The position numbers were made by a program, and so were the translations under genes. The notes under the pieces were generated by a model. That model had not been told where the DNA came from and ran no database searches. It saw only the letters and a list, made by a program, of their open reading frames with translations. A stretch of 63,422 nucleotides of DNA, filler included, from Neoconidiobolus thromboides FSU 785 (lineage: Eukaryota; Fungi; Entomophthoromycota): the NCBI GenBank assembly GCA_025603075.1. It is 8 parts of 8 records of this genome, joined end to end, with 100 filler letters (N's around TTAATTAATTAA, not from the genome) between each part and the next. Parts side by side here need not be neighbours in the genome. Positions count along the whole stretch, not along the records: positions 1 to 29,706 come from MU626489.1; positions 29,807 to 33,030 come from MU626825.1; positions 33,131 to 42,602 come from MU626662.1; 5 more parts are not named here. One strand, written 5' to 3'. Below are positions 24,722-37,708 of the stretch, one piece after another. Every line of letters begins with the position of its first letter. Position 1 is the first letter of the stretch.

Positions 24722-25732
24722 TTATCGAGGAATTATATCTTTGATTGTTCTGTTCAGATATTGTTGAGCATGTGTATTAGTAAGTAAAACGAAAAGGGCA
24801 GAAACAATTCCAGAACAGCATAATAAAGAATTTGAAACAACAGCACCTAGTGGGGTAGGACTAACATCATAAGCCAAATTAAGAATAGAATATATAACAT
24901 CTGGCAATAAACAAATGAAATAACTTGATGCAAAGACAGTTAATTTAATTGTAGTGAACGTACGTTGTATTTTATATTGATTATCGGGATCGGTAAATCG
25001 ATTTAATATTAGTTTTTGATTTTGAGTAGAATCATCATTTAATTTAGTATGTTCACCTGGAAACTCATTCAATTTAAATACTGACGATGCGGGAATATTG
25101 ATGGTAGTAGTAGGTTTAACTGCTTCACGATAAACATAAGTAACTTTGAAGTAACAAAATACAATAGTTATCAGAGATAACATATTACGAACTACATAAG
25201 TAAAATAGAAAAACATATAATATGATCGGTTATCAGGCCCTGTCCCAGCTTCATTGATTACTGTTAAACAAAACATATTTGTGCGAGACCAGCGATAAGT
25301 ATGGTAGTGATAGTTTCCTAAGGAAATAGCAGCTGAAACTATAATAGAAATGGCAGATAAGAAATACCAGATCCATCCTCTAAATTCCTTTTGATGACAT
25401 ACTTTAAAGTACCTCATTATACTTAAAATAGCTACTAGCTCAACCGATGCTCCAATTAAAGCCATAGACAAAGTTAAATCAATAGGGCACCAAACATCAT
25501 TTTTCAACTCAAGAGGATCATACTTTATGATGATTGCACCAGCTTCAGATAAAATTATACGCAATATATTCCAAAGATAAAACACAATATCAGTGGCTGA
25601 AATAATAAATATCATGATTAAATCACTGTTGGCAAGCTTCAGTCCTAAACTTACAATAATACCTACAATTAAATTCAGTACCAATCCTATCAACGATAGG
25701 ATTAGCATACTTATTTGACCATCAATTAACAT
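24722..25732 (-). CDS. Class-A-like 7TM G-protein-coupled receptor-like protein
   Basis: Seven hydrophobic segments, SIMRY at the end of TM3 (DRY position), Cys in ECL1 and ECL2, CLLP in TM6; intronless. Confidence 0.82.
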   Translation of the reverse strand: MLIDGQISMLILSLIGLVLNLIVGIIVSLGLKLANSDLIMIFIISATDIVFYLWNILRIILSEAGAIIIKYDPLELKNDVWCPIDLTLSMALIGASVELVAILSIMRYFKVCHQKEFRGWIWYFLSAISIIVSAAISLGNYHYHTYRWSRTNMFCLTVINEAGTGPDNRSYYMFFYFTYVVRNMLSLITIVFCYFKVTYVYREAVKPTTTINIPASSVFKLNEFPGEHTKLNDDSTQNQKLILNRFTDPDNQYKIQRTFTTIKLTVFASSYFICLLPDVIYSILNLAYDVSPTPLGAVVSNSLLCCSGIVSALFVLLTNTHAQQYLNRTIKDIIPR

Positions 25733-27060
25733 TTTAATAACAATAATATACTAAACACTTTCTAAAATACTTTTAGGACTCTTATATTGATTTGAGCTAA
25801 AAATTATCAGCTGATCAATTGATATGTATTTAAATTTATTTCTAAGTACATAAAAAGTAATTGTTTTTTTAAAGAATAATCTTCCCCTAGTTTTATATTT
25901 CCGAAAATATACATCATTTCTTTATTTTTATGTACTAATCCGACTAATATGTAATTCCATATCTCTATATCTTATATATCTTAGTGTATGTTTGGGAAAA
26001 ATATTGGGTTTAAGATATCCTTTGCATCGTTTTCTCAGAATTAAAGTATGTAAAAAAATAACAGAACAAATCGATAAAAAAGGCTATCATAATAATATAC
26101 TTAAGAAGAAAAATGTTTTTTCTATTACCCATTTTAATAATTATTTGATGATTGTTCATTGGTAATAGAATGAGCCTAATTCCAAATTTTATAAATAATC
26201 TCAAAACCAATTGATGAAATGCTATTACCTATTATAAATAATACCAAGTGAATGATATCAATAACTACACTCCATGATTTTTTCCTACTTTTGCAATCTG
26301 GATAGGATGTGACAGCCTATAATTTTAAAATTGCTAAATAGCATCATTAAAAAAGAAAGCTGTTTCAAGCATTATTCTTTTCATATATTAAATGGAGTCA
26401 AGCTTAATTATATTATTAAATAGCTTTGTACTTGTTATTTGTAAAATTTAGCCAAAAACATAATTGAAATTTCTAAATAAGGGAATATCCTAGATCAATA
26501 AAGAGTCAAATATAAAGTCAAAATAAATTTTACGGTTTTGCTAGTTCTGATAAAAAATTTATTATCAAATAACAAGTATGCTACGTTTTTCATTAAGTTT
26601 GTAGTTTATGTATTAGAATATTAAAAAATAAATATTGCTTAAATAAATTAAAAAAAGTAAAATTAAATTCCTAAATACTTTAAACAAGTTTACTTATTTA
26701 ATCCCATATAAGTTTTGTGCTTAAATCTTGATTAAATTAAGTTCCAAGTATTTTAGCTTGTATATGTTAAATTGATAGTATTTACATAAAATATTTAGAG
26801 ATTTTATAAGAATTGTTATCTTTTAAAACTAAATAACTATACAGAATATTAATTTATAATAGCACAAATTGATAGTACAAATAATGATAGCTATGCTACA
26901 TACTGATAGTAGTAATTTAACTTTTGGTTATAAAAAAGCTTAAAATTTTTAAGAGTAAATTTTTTTTTAAACATACCAGATCTAGAGGATCTGATAATGG
27001 ATTCATTCCTATAAAAATAAGAATTTTGTTTAAAATAGCTTTATGAAGGTAAATTTTTTT

Positions 27061-27760
27061 GGGATCCTTGTAGGTACCTTCAGGCTTGCCAATCGTTTCT
27101 GACCGATATACGTGTTGAAGGCTAAAGTAAAAGCATCAGTATACTCATGTTCAACTAGAGACTTTCATTTGAGAATTGTCAGTAGTAAAAATAGATATGA
27201 AGCAGTAGTCATGAAGATAATATTGTAGAAAGCCTGGCGTAAGGTCCAGACCACAGATAAGGAAAGACAGAACGTAAATATCTAATCTATTGGATAAGTA
27301 AGTGCTAATAAAATCAAAGTCTAAAATCCAAGAACCAGGATCCTTTGAGGGTCCTTTCAGGAAACCAGAAAATAAAACTCTCCAAGCGAAGCTTTTCATA
27401 GAGCCAAAGGCAACTTTAGTCCTAACTGTTTGATTTTAGACAACCTAGTCTTGCGCCTTCAATATAATAGTTGCTATAAAATAGAAGATCACTATATTTA
27501 GCAATAACGATTGTTTTCTCTACTCTATATTCAATATTTCTATCAACTTCGATAATCTAGGACCTTAGCGTCAGAACATAATTTGATACTCAGAGAGAAA
27601 GAGAAATATCAAATGGTGAGAAGTTTTTTTGACTGAGAAAGAATTCAACAGGCTGAGTTCCAATTATACCTGTCTGTTGGCGAAGAAGTCATACTTCCAG
27701 TTGCCATAAAATTTTCCTGTGAGGATAAACTATAACAATATATGAAGCTATAGACTCTTG
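27061..27760. mobile_element. Higher-GC degenerate segment, possible retroelement relic
   Basis: GC visibly above the flanks and all frames interrupted; no diagnostic RT or integrase motif could be confirmed. Confidence 0.2.
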
Positions 27761-27799
27761 AAGAAAATCAAGTATAATTAATATTAAACTAATGCTACT

Positions 27800-28950
27800 T
27801 TATTCTTGTATAAAACAAAACCTAGTGTCATCTATGTAGCATTTTGATATATGATTATAACTTAAAATCCGAATTAATTTCAAACATTTAAGATGAGCTA
27901 AACTATAATTAATAAAACCGTCTAAATGATTAATAGGATATCTATCAACTAACACAGTAGTTAAACTATGTCTGTTTGTCAACTCTTTTTTGCTATTCAA
28001 AAATGACAGTACAGATTGAAATTGACACCAGATTAATTTAAAATTATGCAAACTAGAACTTGAATTGTATAAAAAATCAAGGGATCTCCCAATGATAAAC
28101 CATGAAGTTATGTAATTATATTGTTGGTAATATTTGAGTAAATTTCATTCAATAAAAGTAATAGGCCATTGATCATGTATAAATGTAAATAAATCATTGA
28201 TGATATGTTAAAGGTGATATATAAATATTCTAGTCCAGCTTTCTTGCAATCTAAAGTTAGTTAATTTAATTTTATGAATATTTAGTTATTTATAGACATG
28301 TATAATAAACAAATATCTTCTAACCTCAGTTCCTTTAAATTGATTACTCCATTAAGCGATATTTCAATAGATTGTGTAAAATAAAACTGCTCGAGTTTTG
28401 GATATTTACTTAAATTGATATTTATTTGTTTTAATTGTATAACATACACAAATTTCATATGAAATCGTTTTAATTGCGAAAAGGGTTTATTTAATACAAT
28501 GTTTAATTTTTCAGTAGTGAGTTTAGTATGATTAGCTTTTGAATGTTTAAATTAATAAACCTGTTTAATAATTTTTCGAAACAAATGGCTCTACTATCGT
28601 TATTATTCCCATTCCAAACAGTCAATGAAGTTATATTTACTGGTAGTAGTGGTATGATGGATCTTTTGAAATAGATATCTATACGACTGATTTACAAGTA
28701 CTTCAAATACTGTAATATTTTTAATGTCAACCTTGTATTTAGAGACAAAGTTTGAAACCGTTATGCTCCCTACACCAGATTTATAACAAAGTCCTACTAA
28801 CGGAAAGCATTTAAAGTGCTTTACTTTTTATAAATAACATCCTAATACACAACAAAGCTTCTTAGAATTTGGATAAAGTGGTAGATAAATTAGTGCATTT
28901 AAATCTTCTCTAAAATCCAACCATTTAATATAATAGTCATGTATTATAAC
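27800..28950 (-). pseudogene. Degenerate ORF relic, family uncertain
   Basis: One minus frame is mostly open over more than 150 codons (WLDFREDLNALIYLPLYPNSKKLCCVLG..VSNFVSKYKVDIKNITVFEVLVNQSYRYLF..) with scattered stops. Confidence 0.25.
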
Positions 28951-29296
28951 TATATCTCATCTGTTTTTTATTTCCATAACAATATGGTATTACACCTTTT
29001 TATATAATAAGCATTATCGCTTTTTTCAATCCTTTATAACTTTAGAGCAAATCAGCTTTATTTTTATGTGTTGGATCATCAGTATCTCTCTAATCATGTT
29101 CTCTTCTGAAGCATCAAATCTAAAACTATTAACTATAATTTTTAATCAAAAGGTTGAAGTTGATCTTAGTTCTATAGAATTTTTTTATTTACAAAAATGG
29201 TTCTTCGATTAAGTCCCTACTATAATTTTATATACTAATACGTAATATTATATAGTTGTAGTAGGTCAAAAATGCTTTAGTTTAAACCCAACTTAT

Positions 29297-29401
29297 ATAT
29301 GGGGGTATTTCTCGACTTCATCACTTTTTCCATCCTTTAAGCGCTATTTAGGTGGGAAAATTGTTAGTAAAATTCTTAGATATGAAAATACATTCTCACA
29401 T
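29297..29401 (-). mobile_element. MITE copy 6 (flanks ATAT/ACAT)
   Basis: Consensus match. Confidence 0.85.
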
Positions 29402-29706
29402 ACTGATAACATAAATTTGATAGCATGAACTAGCATAAGGACGCGAAACATTTGGGTAGATACTAGAATTTTTATACTCGTTTGTAAATAGCCAAACGCT
29501 TCACGTCCTCAGAATAATTTACACTTTCAAACCTATTGTCTGTTTTTTTAGGTACATTAAAATTACGTGTATTTACTAATCTTATTAAAAGTAAGCTTGA
29601 ATTTTCAAAATCTATTATTTCAAGTTATATTAAATTAAAAATAACTCTCAAAATCAATATAATAAATGCTTTATTTTTCAATCAATCCTAGCGAGTAATG
29701 AGAGCA

Positions 29707-29806
29707 NNNNNNNNNNNNNNNNNNNNNNNNNNNNNNNNNNNNNNNNNNNNTTAATTAATTAANNNNNNNNNNNNNNNNNNNNNNNNNNNNNNNNNNNNNN
29801 NNNNNN
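29707..29806. other. Artificial assembly spacer
   Basis: 44 N + TTAATTAATTAA + 44 N. Confidence 0.98.
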
Positions 29807-30904
29807 GGCTTATTATCTTATATTAGTTTATCTCACTCTAACTATGACCTTACTAAACGATATTTTTTAGATGCAGTAAGGATGGCTCAATGTTTAGGTT
29901 ATGATATCAGCGACACTTTATTTGATAAGATAAATATTATGGATCTAAGGTATAATGAATTGTTACGAGGTAGAAGCATATGGAAAACTCTTCATTTTAC
30001 ATACTTAGTCCTTTCAAGTTGTATTCCAAATATACCTTTTATTAAGTTTCAAACCAAAGAACCTTTATGTATTCCAGATGGTCCAAATAGAAGTACTGAT
30101 GTTGATGAAATAGGCTATAAAGCCATAGACGAGTTGCCATACTTATTTGTTAAAGATTATACGGAAGTAACGATTAAAATAGCATCTCATATTCAAAAAG
30201 TAAAAGAAAATTACGAAAGACGTAATGATTATTCAGATATACCTATTAACGCTTTACTTTTACCTCAGAATGAATTTATAATTTGTTTTACAACATTACT
30301 AAATTTAATTCAAGATCAAAAGTTAATAAGAGATGAATGTGATTATACCCAAAAAGAATTAGATGAAAAAACGAATGATTATGAGTTTAATTTTAAACGA
30401 TATCTCAAAGTATTAATTCAACATGTTATTGTTCAGCTTTATTATCCCTTTGCTACAGTCTACCCACAACCAGTTCGATTTACAAAGTCCAAATTAAAGT
30501 TATTATTCTATTATTCTAATCAAGTCATAACTTATTGTTTAAATCGAGGTTTGGATAGAAAATTGGATCATTCATCTTTCAGTAAAAATTCTCAATTTGA
30601 TTCTAAATATCAACTTCAATCAAATGTTTGTACCCCTTTTTATTATCAGATAACTTATTCTTTTTTTACACTTGTTAACTTAATACACCAATCTAATAAT
30701 TTGTCTAAGGCAGATGTAACAATGGTTGATGAGGCAAAAGCTAAATGTGTATTATTAGTTAAGGAGCTTTATAGTGTATCTAAAGCTAACAATAAAAGAT
30801 ACGCTAAAGATTCTACTAATGCATTGAATCAAATAAAGCGTTGTATCCATCGATTTGAGTTACCTGTAGATTTAATACAAGAGATAGCTATGTATTTAAA
30901 TTAA
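29807..30904 (+). CDS. 3' part of a fungal transcription-factor-like protein (5' end lost in the gap)
   Basis: Frame open from the gap: GLLSYISLSHSNYDLTKRYFLDAVRMAQCLG, resembling the A.RMA..LG middle-homology motif of Zn2Cys6 factors. Confidence 0.7.
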   Translation, partial: GLLSYISLSHSNYDLTKRYFLDAVRMAQCLGYDISDTLFDKINIMDLRYNELLRGRSIWKTLHFTYLVLSSCIPNIPFIKFQTKEPLCIPDGPNRSTDVDEIGYKAIDELPYLFVKDYTEVTIKIASHIQKVKENYERRNDYSDIPINALLLPQNEFIICFTTLLNLIQDQKLIRDECDYTQKELDEKTNDYEFNFKRYLKVLIQHVIVQLYYPFATVYPQPVRFTKSKLKLLFYYSNQVITYCLNRGLDRKLDHSSFSKNSQFDSKYQLQSNVCTPFYYQITYSFFTLVNLIHQSNNLSKADVTMVDEAKAKCVLLVKELYSVSKANNKRYAKDSTNALNQIKRCIHRFELPVDLIQEIAMYLN

Positions 30905-31026
30905 AGTTGATAGTATTGTTAATTTAAAATTCGAATTACTACATTCGTTATTTCGTTAATAAAATATTTTAATATAAAAAGATCGTAAATTTATTATATC
31001 AATTTTGCTTAAACTAAAAAAATACC

Positions 31027-31128
31027 ACATAGGGATGTATTTCTTTGTTTAAGAATTTACTAACAATTTTCACACAAATAGCGCTTAAAAATGGAAAAAG
31101 TGATGAAATCAAAAAAATACCCCCACAT
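31027..31128 (+). mobile_element. MITE copy 7 (TSD ACAT/ACAT)
   Basis: Consensus match; non-palindromic direct repeat. Confidence 0.9.
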
Positions 31129-31475
31129 ATTAAACTACACCAAAAGCCTCCTTTCTAACCTTTTGTGTTGCCTTTGGTGAATTTCGAAAATAATTTACTA
31201 AATAAAGTCAAAGAGATAAAATGGCCTCTGGTGTAGCAAAATAGAAATAAAAATTTATTTTGATTATAAATATTTATAGTATTAATATCTTTAATTTATT
31301 AATAATTAAAGAATTTTTTTGTATTTTTAAATACAGCTATAGGTTTATAAAAGCGGCTTTTAAGGTGATATATAAGCAATAGTTAAGTTAAATAAAATAA
31401 TTATAAAGTAGTTTATTTATAGTATTCTATAATTGTGATAAATAATGGTTATTAATTTTAGGCGGCTAGTCAAAC

Positions 31476-31580
31476 ATATGGGGATGTATTTTTGTGTTTA
31501 AGAATTTTGCTAATGATTTTTCCACTCAAATAGTGTTTAAAAGATGGAAAAAGTGATGAAGCCAAAAAACATCCCCATAT
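31476..31580 (+). mobile_element. MITE copy 8 (TSD ATAT/ATAT)
   Basis: ATAT|GGGGATGT…ACATCCCC|ATAT. Confidence 0.92.
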
Positions 31581-32572
31581 TATTTTCAACGATATAGCAT
31601 TTATTTGACCAATTTACCAAACAGAAAGAATTTAATCCAGGGTGGACAACCTTATAATACAAGTCTAGTAATTGCTTCTATAAAAATAAGTGATCGTATA
31701 TTAATAGACTAAATCACAATAAATCATAACAAACCAAAACTTTAACTAAGTAAGGCAAATGATAAGCTACTATATCAACCTTAGTGTTAGTTTTGAAAAG
31801 ATCTTATTGCTTGCTTTATTCTAATATAGTCACATATATTACAATAGCAAAGTAGATAAGCACTCTTCTAATATAATTCACTCCAATGAAAGTTGAATAA
31901 AACTTCCGGTCTGCATCTCTAATAACGTTATATAATACTTTTAACCAAATGGATAATATATCTTACTAATATTGAGATTTAATTGCATTTGGGTATTATC
32001 TTTAATGACATTCAGAAAAGATAATGTGAATATCCCAAATCCCTTGGCATTTACTCCAGCTTTTTATTGCTCCTTACGATTTGTTTATGTACAAAGCAAA
32101 TAAATCGAATTGTAATAAATTCATTATATTTAAAGAAGACAAATATATTAATAAATTTATTCTCTGATATGCAGCTATTTTGTCAAATTAAATTAGAATA
32201 GTACATCTATTGAGGTAATTACTAATCAAATCGCACTTGATTAAACAGGATTAAGCATAAAAAAATTAGTGATGTCTATGTCTTTATTGTAGTGGTAATA
32301 TGTTTATTACGTCATCAAAGTCTTTTTTGCAAGAATTTATAGTGAGAATGTTTGATCGATTTGATATTCTGGTCACTTTTAGCATAAAATATATAATATT
32401 ATTAGATAAATAATGAAACAGAAAATGCAATTTAGCATTTGGTATCTTATGCTTAATTCTACCATGGTTTTCATTAAAAAGCATTTCCATCCTTTGCTTA
32501 TCATTTTATTTTCAAATGATTTTAACACAATTTAAAATAATATTAAAGTGAAGGATAATAGAAAATTCAATT

Positions 32573-33030
32573 ATGGAGTTAAAGCCAAAAGTGGGGATAA
32601 GAAGCAAGGTGGATTTAGTAAAGTCAAAATTAGATGGAATTGATCATACATTAAATAATATATTTAAACAACTAGACTCACATTCGAACTTAGAATTCAA
32701 ACGAAAAGTAAATGGTAATTGTTTTATTATTTCTTTAATATTTAATTTATTACTAGAGTATTTAAAGTGGGTCAAAAAGGAATTTATAATAATAAATCGA
32801 GAAAGAAGATATAGTAATAGTGAAATTCTTAAAAGGATTTCCAATTATGAGCTTATGTTACAAAAGGATTCCAATGTTAGTATTGTTTTATCACCTCTGA
32901 TAATCAATACAGTATTGGAAAATAGCGGTATAGTAAAAATAGATCAAGCTTATTATCACTTTTTAAAGCATGGTCCTCTTTTTTTCCATAAAATTGTAGA
33001 TCCATTTAGATTATGGTTAGATAAGTTTAA
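32573..33030 (+). CDS. Partial hypothetical protein running into the gap (TF-like, uncertain)
   Basis: Open frame to the gap, possible intron after KRKVN; no diagnostic motif. Confidence 0.35.
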
Positions 33031-33130
33031 NNNNNNNNNNNNNNNNNNNNNNNNNNNNNNNNNNNNNNNNNNNNTTAATTAATTAANNNNNNNNNNNNNN
33101 NNNNNNNNNNNNNNNNNNNNNNNNNNNNNN
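33031..33130. other. Artificial assembly spacer
   Basis: 44 N + TTAATTAATTAA + 44 N. Confidence 0.98.
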
Positions 33131-33570
33131 CCCATGGTTAATTATAACATAAAAATCGCCTAAGCTGTTGTGTTCTCAAGTTCAGAGACAATCAATCCCA
33201 TGTTCTTATTTTGATTTGTTATGAGAATTTCTAGTTTCATCCCAAAGAATATTATCTTCTCATTTTGATATTTATACTTTTCAGAGTATAAAAGAGATTT
33301 TAGAGTAAAGTAATTCGAGGCTTTTTAACTGAATTATTACCTGATATCTCGAACATTTAATAAAGCCACTAAGTTTCCTTAATAATATTTTACGTAGATT
33401 TTACATTAGTATTGTCTATTCTATCTGTCTTATATAGCTTGTAACCTATTAAGTGCTATTCCTCATAATCCAAGTCTATCTTAGTCACATAAACTAAGAC
33501 CTTTCGACTTATAGTGTAGTCAACCCAGCAACAACTGTTCTTGACTCTAATCACTGAGTACCAGATTTTA
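33131..33570. repeat. About 440-bp dispersed repeat, copy B (begins at the contig edge)
   Basis: Co-linear with 16822..17260. Confidence 0.85.
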
Positions 33571-33837
33571 CAGTACTAACTTTCACAATTATTTGAATAT
33601 TTATTGTACTTTGTTTTTATATTAAAACCCATGTGTTTTATTTAGTTTATTTTTATATTTATATTTGTTATATTTATTTTATTATATATATAGCTTTTTA
33701 GTAAACATTTTATGCTTATAAATTAAAGTCTATTTAGCTATATAATTTAAAGCATATTGCTTATCAGTTTTATTTGAGATTATAATATTATATAAATAAT
33801 CATCTTTATTTGAAGCATAATGTTTCACTATATAGTT

Positions 33838-33943
33838 ATATGGGAATGTGTTTTTGTATCCAAGATTTTTACTAACAATTTTTCCACTTGAATAGCGCTT
33901 AAAAGACGAAAAAAGTAATGAAGCCAAAAAAACACCCCCATAT
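33838..33943 (+). mobile_element. MITE copy 9 (TSD ATAT/ATAT)
   Basis: Consensus match. Confidence 0.9.
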
Positions 33944-34168
33944 TTTAAATTTTATTATATTAGCTTTTTATTGCGAATACTTTATTATTTTTAATCAAAT
34001 TAAGTAATATTTTGATATAAGTATTTAGTTTTGTATTTATGTTTTTGTTTTTATTGTTATTATAAATATAACTTTACATTCTATTAAGTAATTTTTTTTA
34101 ATTTCAGCTTTTTACAACTAATGTCAACCAAATAAACTTTAAATACTAAATTTTATAAAATTTGTATT

Positions 34169-34268
34169 ATATGAGGATGTATTTCTTTGAAAACTTTACA
34201 ACAATCTTTCCACTCAAATAGCGCTTAAAAGACAGAAAAATAATGAAATAGAGAAAACATCGCCATAT
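34169..34268 (+). mobile_element. MITE copy 10 (TSD ATAT/ATAT)
   Basis: Consensus match. Confidence 0.85.
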
Positions 34269-35091
34269 AATAAATATAACAATAAATTTAAAAAAGATTA
34301 TAAAAAAAGTAGCAGATTAGTTTATTTGCTAATTACAATAATACGAAATAGTTGGTTAATTAAAAAAACTAATATTATAAGTGTTAGAAAAATAACTATT
34401 AAAAAAAGCAATAAATTAATGATTTAAAAAGTTTAACTATAAAATTATAGTAGCAAAGTTAAGAATAAGCTAATCAAGCTAGCAAATAAAAAATAAACAT
34501 AAATAAAATTAGTATACTAATTAGTATTTTTTTAAATAATCTAAATTAATAAATGAATAAAAAGTTTTTATTGTAAATTTTGGTACTTGATTTATAAAGA
34601 TAATATATAACAAGCTACAAGCTATATAAAATAAAACATTTATAAAAAAATTTAGTATCTTTATTAAAAAATAGTATTAAAAATAATTCAACAAAAAGAA
34701 ACTACTATATCAAAAAGCTTTTTTTATATTTTACATTAAAATATTATATATATGAAATATGGAAATAGTTATAATTATTAAATATAAATGCTAAAATATA
34801 AAAGTAATAATTTTTATAATTAAATAATGAAAACTTTTATAATAAATCTGAATTAAAAAAAACTTTAAGGTAATTTTAATAATGTAATTATTTAAACTAG
34901 GTTTAACATGTAAATCATGAATAAATTATAAAATACAAAATATAATTACTCTTATAATATAATTAGTTATAAATCTAAACAAATTAAAGTTAAAAAACTA
35001 TAAGCAGTTGAAACTAGTTTTAAAATAATAGTTTATAAATATTATTAAATATTTTATAGAACAAAATCTAAATTTGGAAAAAAACCATAAG

Positions 35092-35194
35092 TATTGGGGA
35101 TGTATTTTTTGTTTAAAATTTTGCTAACAATGTTTCCACTTAAATAGCGCTTAAAAAACGGAGAAGCAATGAAACCAAAAAAACATCCTAATTA
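35092..35194 (+). mobile_element. MITE copy 11
   Basis: Consensus match. Confidence 0.85.
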
Positions 35195-35725
35195 ATAATT
35201 ATAAAATATATTTAATTTTTATAATAGAATATTTTGTTGTTATTTTTAGCAATTTAATAATACTCATTTATAAAAGACAAGTAAGTAGAAGTTTAAAATA
35301 GAAACTTTGTGTTATATGAAATATGAACAAAATATTAAAACCAAGCTAAGTATCCTAATTAATGTCTTATGAGAATAAAAGATATTAAATAAGCAATGAA
35401 AAATATGCTCAAACATCAAAACGACATGAATGTTATGTTGATTACCATTTAAATAAATCCTTAAATATCTTATTGAAATGAATCATTTAAGCTCTCTTTC
35501 ATTACCCTTGTTTTTATTACTATTAAATTAGTGTTTATTTTTTTTTAAATGTACAAGAATTTAAACCATTTTTTCGTTTTTATTTACAAACTTAAATTTA
35601 ATCTTATGAGTAAAGTCAAGAAACATTTTTTATAAACAATCATCTTTGTTAATGTAATTATTTAGGTATGATTGTATAATTAAACAATATAAATTAAATA
35701 AGATAATATATTGAAGTACCACAAT

Positions 35726-36802
35726 ATGAATACGGATAAAAAATAAAGGTAAGAAGAAAGTTTTACTATTGTTATAATTATTATATACGATTCATTATTA
35801 GTATACTTATATTAGTATAAACAAAGCTTAGAGTTAATACATTTCAGAAAAGCAATTTGATAAAGCCAATAATCTTTGGATTAATATAGAGCTGTCAGGT
35901 CGTAGAAAATATGCCTACTAATTACAGGGCTTTAATTACCAGAAAAGAATTGGATCAAATAAATAAAGAGCGTGAATCGTAATTTTTTAATACAAATCCC
36001 ATCGCTATTATTTACGCTTTTTAGGCCAATGAACAAAGAGAACTTTTCAACTGAGCTATTAAGCACCAAGTCGTATCTCAATGAGGAATATTTAAGGTAA
36101 CATATTCAAATAAACTTAAAGTCAACTCTTGACTGTACTTAACTGTACTTAACAGTCAATATCAATGTATTAGCCATTGGCTGCAAGATGGTATCTAATG
36201 AATATGGCTGCGACAATGTTATAACAAGGGTCACTATTGTTAATTCTTATGAGTATACTATTTTTGACAAATACGTTGAACCAACTCACAATGTTACAGA
36301 TTATTGTATACGGATATCGGATATACAAAAAGGAGGTTTGAATCAATGGTAAGTAAAATAAAGTGTGGACTAATTTCTAGATGATGTTAACTGTTTTTAT
36401 TATTCACCATTAAGTTTTAAAGTAGCTCGACAGGATGTATTATTTCTTATTAAAAATAGAATGTTGGTGGGCCACAAAGTTTTTAAAGATTTAGAAGTAA
36501 GCTGGATCAAAAAGCTTTAAACATCATATTAAAATAGTATTACTACCTTAGGCTTTGAAAATCAATCATCCACTTCGTTTAAGGAAAGAAACAGCAACAC
36601 TATTTTTACCCAGTGGAAATATTGATCAAAGGATTTCTATAAAAAACCTATGCTTTAATTTATTTGATATTAAGATTCTAGAAGGTTGTCATAACACAGT
36701 AAGTTTAATTGGTTTGACAAAAATTGATTTTAAATTCTTATATACCAAATTGAAGCGTTGGCTTCTATGACTGTATATAGAAGACTTCAACATCTTGAAT
36801 AA
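35726..36802 (+). pseudogene. REX4-like exonuclease pseudogene, tandem twin of 37709..38842
   Basis: Same exon/intron layout as the intact copy. It has early stops, an apparent 2-nt deletion before the nuclease domain, IDCEMV changed to IGCKMV, and two acceptor AGs lost. Confidence 0.85.
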
Positions 36803-37708
36803 ACTATGTATAAAACTTTAAAAGTACTTGAGGTGAAGAGCATAATGAGTAGACCTATTTTAGCAAAGATTTTGAGGTTTTATATAAATATTTTTAAATA
36901 TTTTCAAACCAAGTAAAACGTTAATTAATATTAGTCAACAAAATGTTTGTTTTCATTTATCTGACATAAATATTCGTATTTTTTATGATATTGGTGTGTA
37001 AGAGAGCTTATGACACTTAATAAATTGGACAGGACTACAATTAATACAAGAATATCAAAAAATGCTACAAGCATTTGTATTAAATATTGTACTATCTCGA
37101 TAATTTATTTTTGTGGTGCTTTATAGAACTAAGAAAATTTCAAAATAAGCAAAAAAATTATAAACTATAGCTATTTTTTGATACAAATATTTTATTTTAC
37201 TATTTATCACTATCTAAAATAAACTTTTTAATTTTATTTATATTGCAATTAGAACATTTTATATTTATTTTTTAAACAAAGAGTAATAAAATATTTGAAT
37301 AAAGAATGTACCTTCAATTCGTGTTTTATAAGGATAAATGAACATGAAAGAAGTACTGCAGGCATATTAGAACATTAAAATAGTATAATTATTGTGCCAC
37401 TTACCTTTTGAAGATTTTAGATGTCTTTTTAAATTGGCATATTTGATCTTTTCTGTTATTGTTGTTTTTATTATATCTTTCAGTTATTTGTTTTTAAGAA
37501 GTTTATAAACATAGAAAGAATTTTTTCATTTAAACTGTTATTCTGTTTTTTTAAACTTCCATTTGATTTTATTTACAAAATTAACTGTTCAAGAAAAACA
37601 TTTTCTTATTTTCGCTAAGTAATCGTTTATTACTGCGACCATTTGGGGATGACTGCGTAATCAAAAGGTATAAAATAAAAAAAGATAGTTTATTGAAGTT
37701 ATATAATA

